DNA of 60,788 nt from a virus: IMG/VR virus record IMGVR_UViG_3300028610_001111. One strand, 5' to 3'. The notes below the pieces were generated by a model, which ran no database searches, was not told the DNA's origin, and saw only the letters and a program-made list of their open reading frames with translations. Position numbers and translations under genes: made by a program. Of the stretch, positions 60,401 to 60,788 are shown in pieces. Within the stretch, counting starts at the first letter, position 1; the number at the start of each line of letters is the position of its first letter.

Positions 60401-60788
60401 ATATCAGCATGAGAAACAGGTAAAAGTTCTTCAGATACTATATGGTGAACCCATTCATGTACGATAGTCTCTGCTGTGGAACCTTTATAAAAAATAGCAA
60501 GCTTATTATCCTGCAAATACATTGCATTTATTTTATTTGATGTTTCTTTTGCGTTCTCTTCTGAAAGAAAAAATCCTCCAGCAGGTCTTTTTTCAAGAGT
60601 AGGCGTTCCTTTAATTCTTTCAAATCTTTCTCTTTTCTCTAACCACTTCTGAACGTTGGCAGAATCTCTTTGAGCTTGTGTCATTTCTTCTGTGCTAGCT
60701 GCAGGCTGTTCTACATCATGACCAAAAACAATTGCATCTAACTCTGATACAGGTTGAGGGACTAAAAGACCGTCACTATTTTCAATAA
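57463..60788 (-). CDS. giant virion-associated protein, C-terminal ~1,060 codons (same ORF as 1..2197; nt 60645-60788 duplicate nt 1-144); contains an HExxH zincin motif
   Basis: Track ORF 57463..60684 begins at an internal Met, and the frame stays open upstream to the window end. HEWVH is encoded at 60459-60445 (hand check: ACT ATC GTA CAT GAA TGG GTT CAC CAT). Confidence 0.8.
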   Translation of the reverse strand, partial: IENSDGLLVPQPVSELDAIVFGHDVEQPAASTEEMTQAQRDSANVQKWLEKRERFERIKGTPTLEKRPAGGFFLSEENAKETSNKINAMYLQDNKLAIFYKGSTAETIVHEWVHHIVSEELLPVSHADILLKNYGTEGKWDDSSHERMVTAFFQYIQTGLLPENSNRSLVDSFEYIKASMSESVKNHEDILTDDVKKVFDVWFSDTITDTSSIQTGEAIAEATEMAQSFNSILLEQDIIDQINAIPDDGERQKKLRNALYKTGKIKPVDLDGFAKQLDLANRNEIPTEKLLPLLRGQSDINTISTRLFGHEPDRGDLGNVQRQLDIKDSAQKDSPESFLNDKITRKKAIKDNAKLIASDLDLRPNDIDSRSRALGGHDVQSSIINTANRVIEGAQKFKNGLFRGMVLRVTGFEALLAKIVDGDPNSNLTKIVGGLWYKMQRDHSEEVQNHREWLEQKTEEDGAIPQVLRRNAILGDRNYTWNDALGIALITRGRTELNEDGLFANHESEALFQSNRDIGEGSREQFSKVVNDAFELMNSTPELKLIQKRVDDYFKWILPRINEVKVNLTGEPVGEIKFYFPMIREGGLFVDTDYLANQLGISPSKIEGRIGDQSRHKSRSAGTLGQKINLNVMAIFDSYMMQAQTYISKADNIDYLANLLNEQPIVESMLKKGLTKEHDTLKTMVERERYATGRMHNMTDAEIATKFVTSRFKLSVLAGNVPSIMRQAISGFNGASELPFFDGLKIGVNMMQKFQYAMTHNANFKTNGEVLSGDPVWEKMKEGHSVHTQSRHDPAEVDIMNAHGGIINMRVLGLPIKEAAVLPQRTVDQITRTSVWGASYDFKYRQNKAEGMGDSEADADAFKFADEVTSRSQPAANTSERNLMQTGNEFERAMIPFTGQLMKNFDYFRTQMALPLQQAFKNGGINELISVAFSTNTETLRRYGLNTNVGHKVAMSMIMPTIGLGLIAKGRLPESYEEFIKDFIVYNLAMMPVIGPAITTKLLYDSWRNESSPLYFDLINSISDAATDTYNALSKTDPKAAKAVSRDLIDIMKFGGFPNKIIQLHRDWDQDYFEENGIDMDSIVKHWIMRWDPLDDSIIDQFKTVTQ
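60645..60788. repeat. terminal overlap, second copy of 1..144
   Basis: Identical to nt 1-144. Confidence 0.95.

Noticed and set aside
1-60788. Alternative genetic code (stop-codon reassignment), prompted by the two phage tRNA-like genes
   Set aside because: Standard-code ORFs of 1,100-1,800 codons are intact. Gene ends use TAA, TGA and TAG with tight overlap coupling, and no in-frame stop pattern is seen.

Overview
The first 144 nt are identical to the last 144 nt, so the window is one complete, circularly permuted genome of a tailed dsDNA phage with a unique length of 60,644 bp.

Layout: two divergent transcription blocks leave a ~1.0-kb ORF-free, repeat-rich, GC-rich control region (about 32.6-33.65 kb) and converge near 57.44 kb.

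Minus strand (32524 down to 1, wrapping to 57463):
- Small Zn-ribbon genes, a ParB-like nuclease-domain protein, an unannotated 49-aa SEC-C-motif ORF and a SAM methyltransferase.
- Large terminase, portal, scaffold and major capsid.
- A tail/fibre/adhesin module in which six proteins start with Sec-type signal peptides.
- A GT-B glycosyltransferase.
- Two giant proteins of 1,127 aa and 1,792 aa. The 1,792-aa ORF crosses the circular junction and is missing from the ORF track.

Plus strand (33.7-57.4 kb), about 60 mostly small genes, many Cys4 zinc ribbons:
- Tandem HNH paralogues, an RmlD-like reductase and an SNF2 helicase.
- An HTH replication-organiser-like protein and a pentapeptide-repeat protein with near-perfect 15-bp DNA repeats.
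- A radical-SAM-like enzyme and a DnaB-type helicase.
- An SMC/RecF-like ATPase, PD-(D/E)XK nucleases and HNH/NinG-like nucleases.
- Two tRNA-like genes, both structurally non-canonical by hand folding.
- A self-contained ~109-nt promoter-to-terminator structured RNA candidate.

Not recognised anywhere: DNA polymerase, primase, integrase, repressor, tail tube, tape measure or endolysin. The gene set looks podovirus-like, with a host-polymerase-dependent, apparently virulent lifestyle; this is inference.

Composition is visibly mosaic. AT-rich structural and replication blocks alternate with GC-richer blocks (13.3-18.2 kb fibre/adhesin, 32.6-49.7 kb early genes).

All functional calls come from motifs I could read in the translations. 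No database search was possible.
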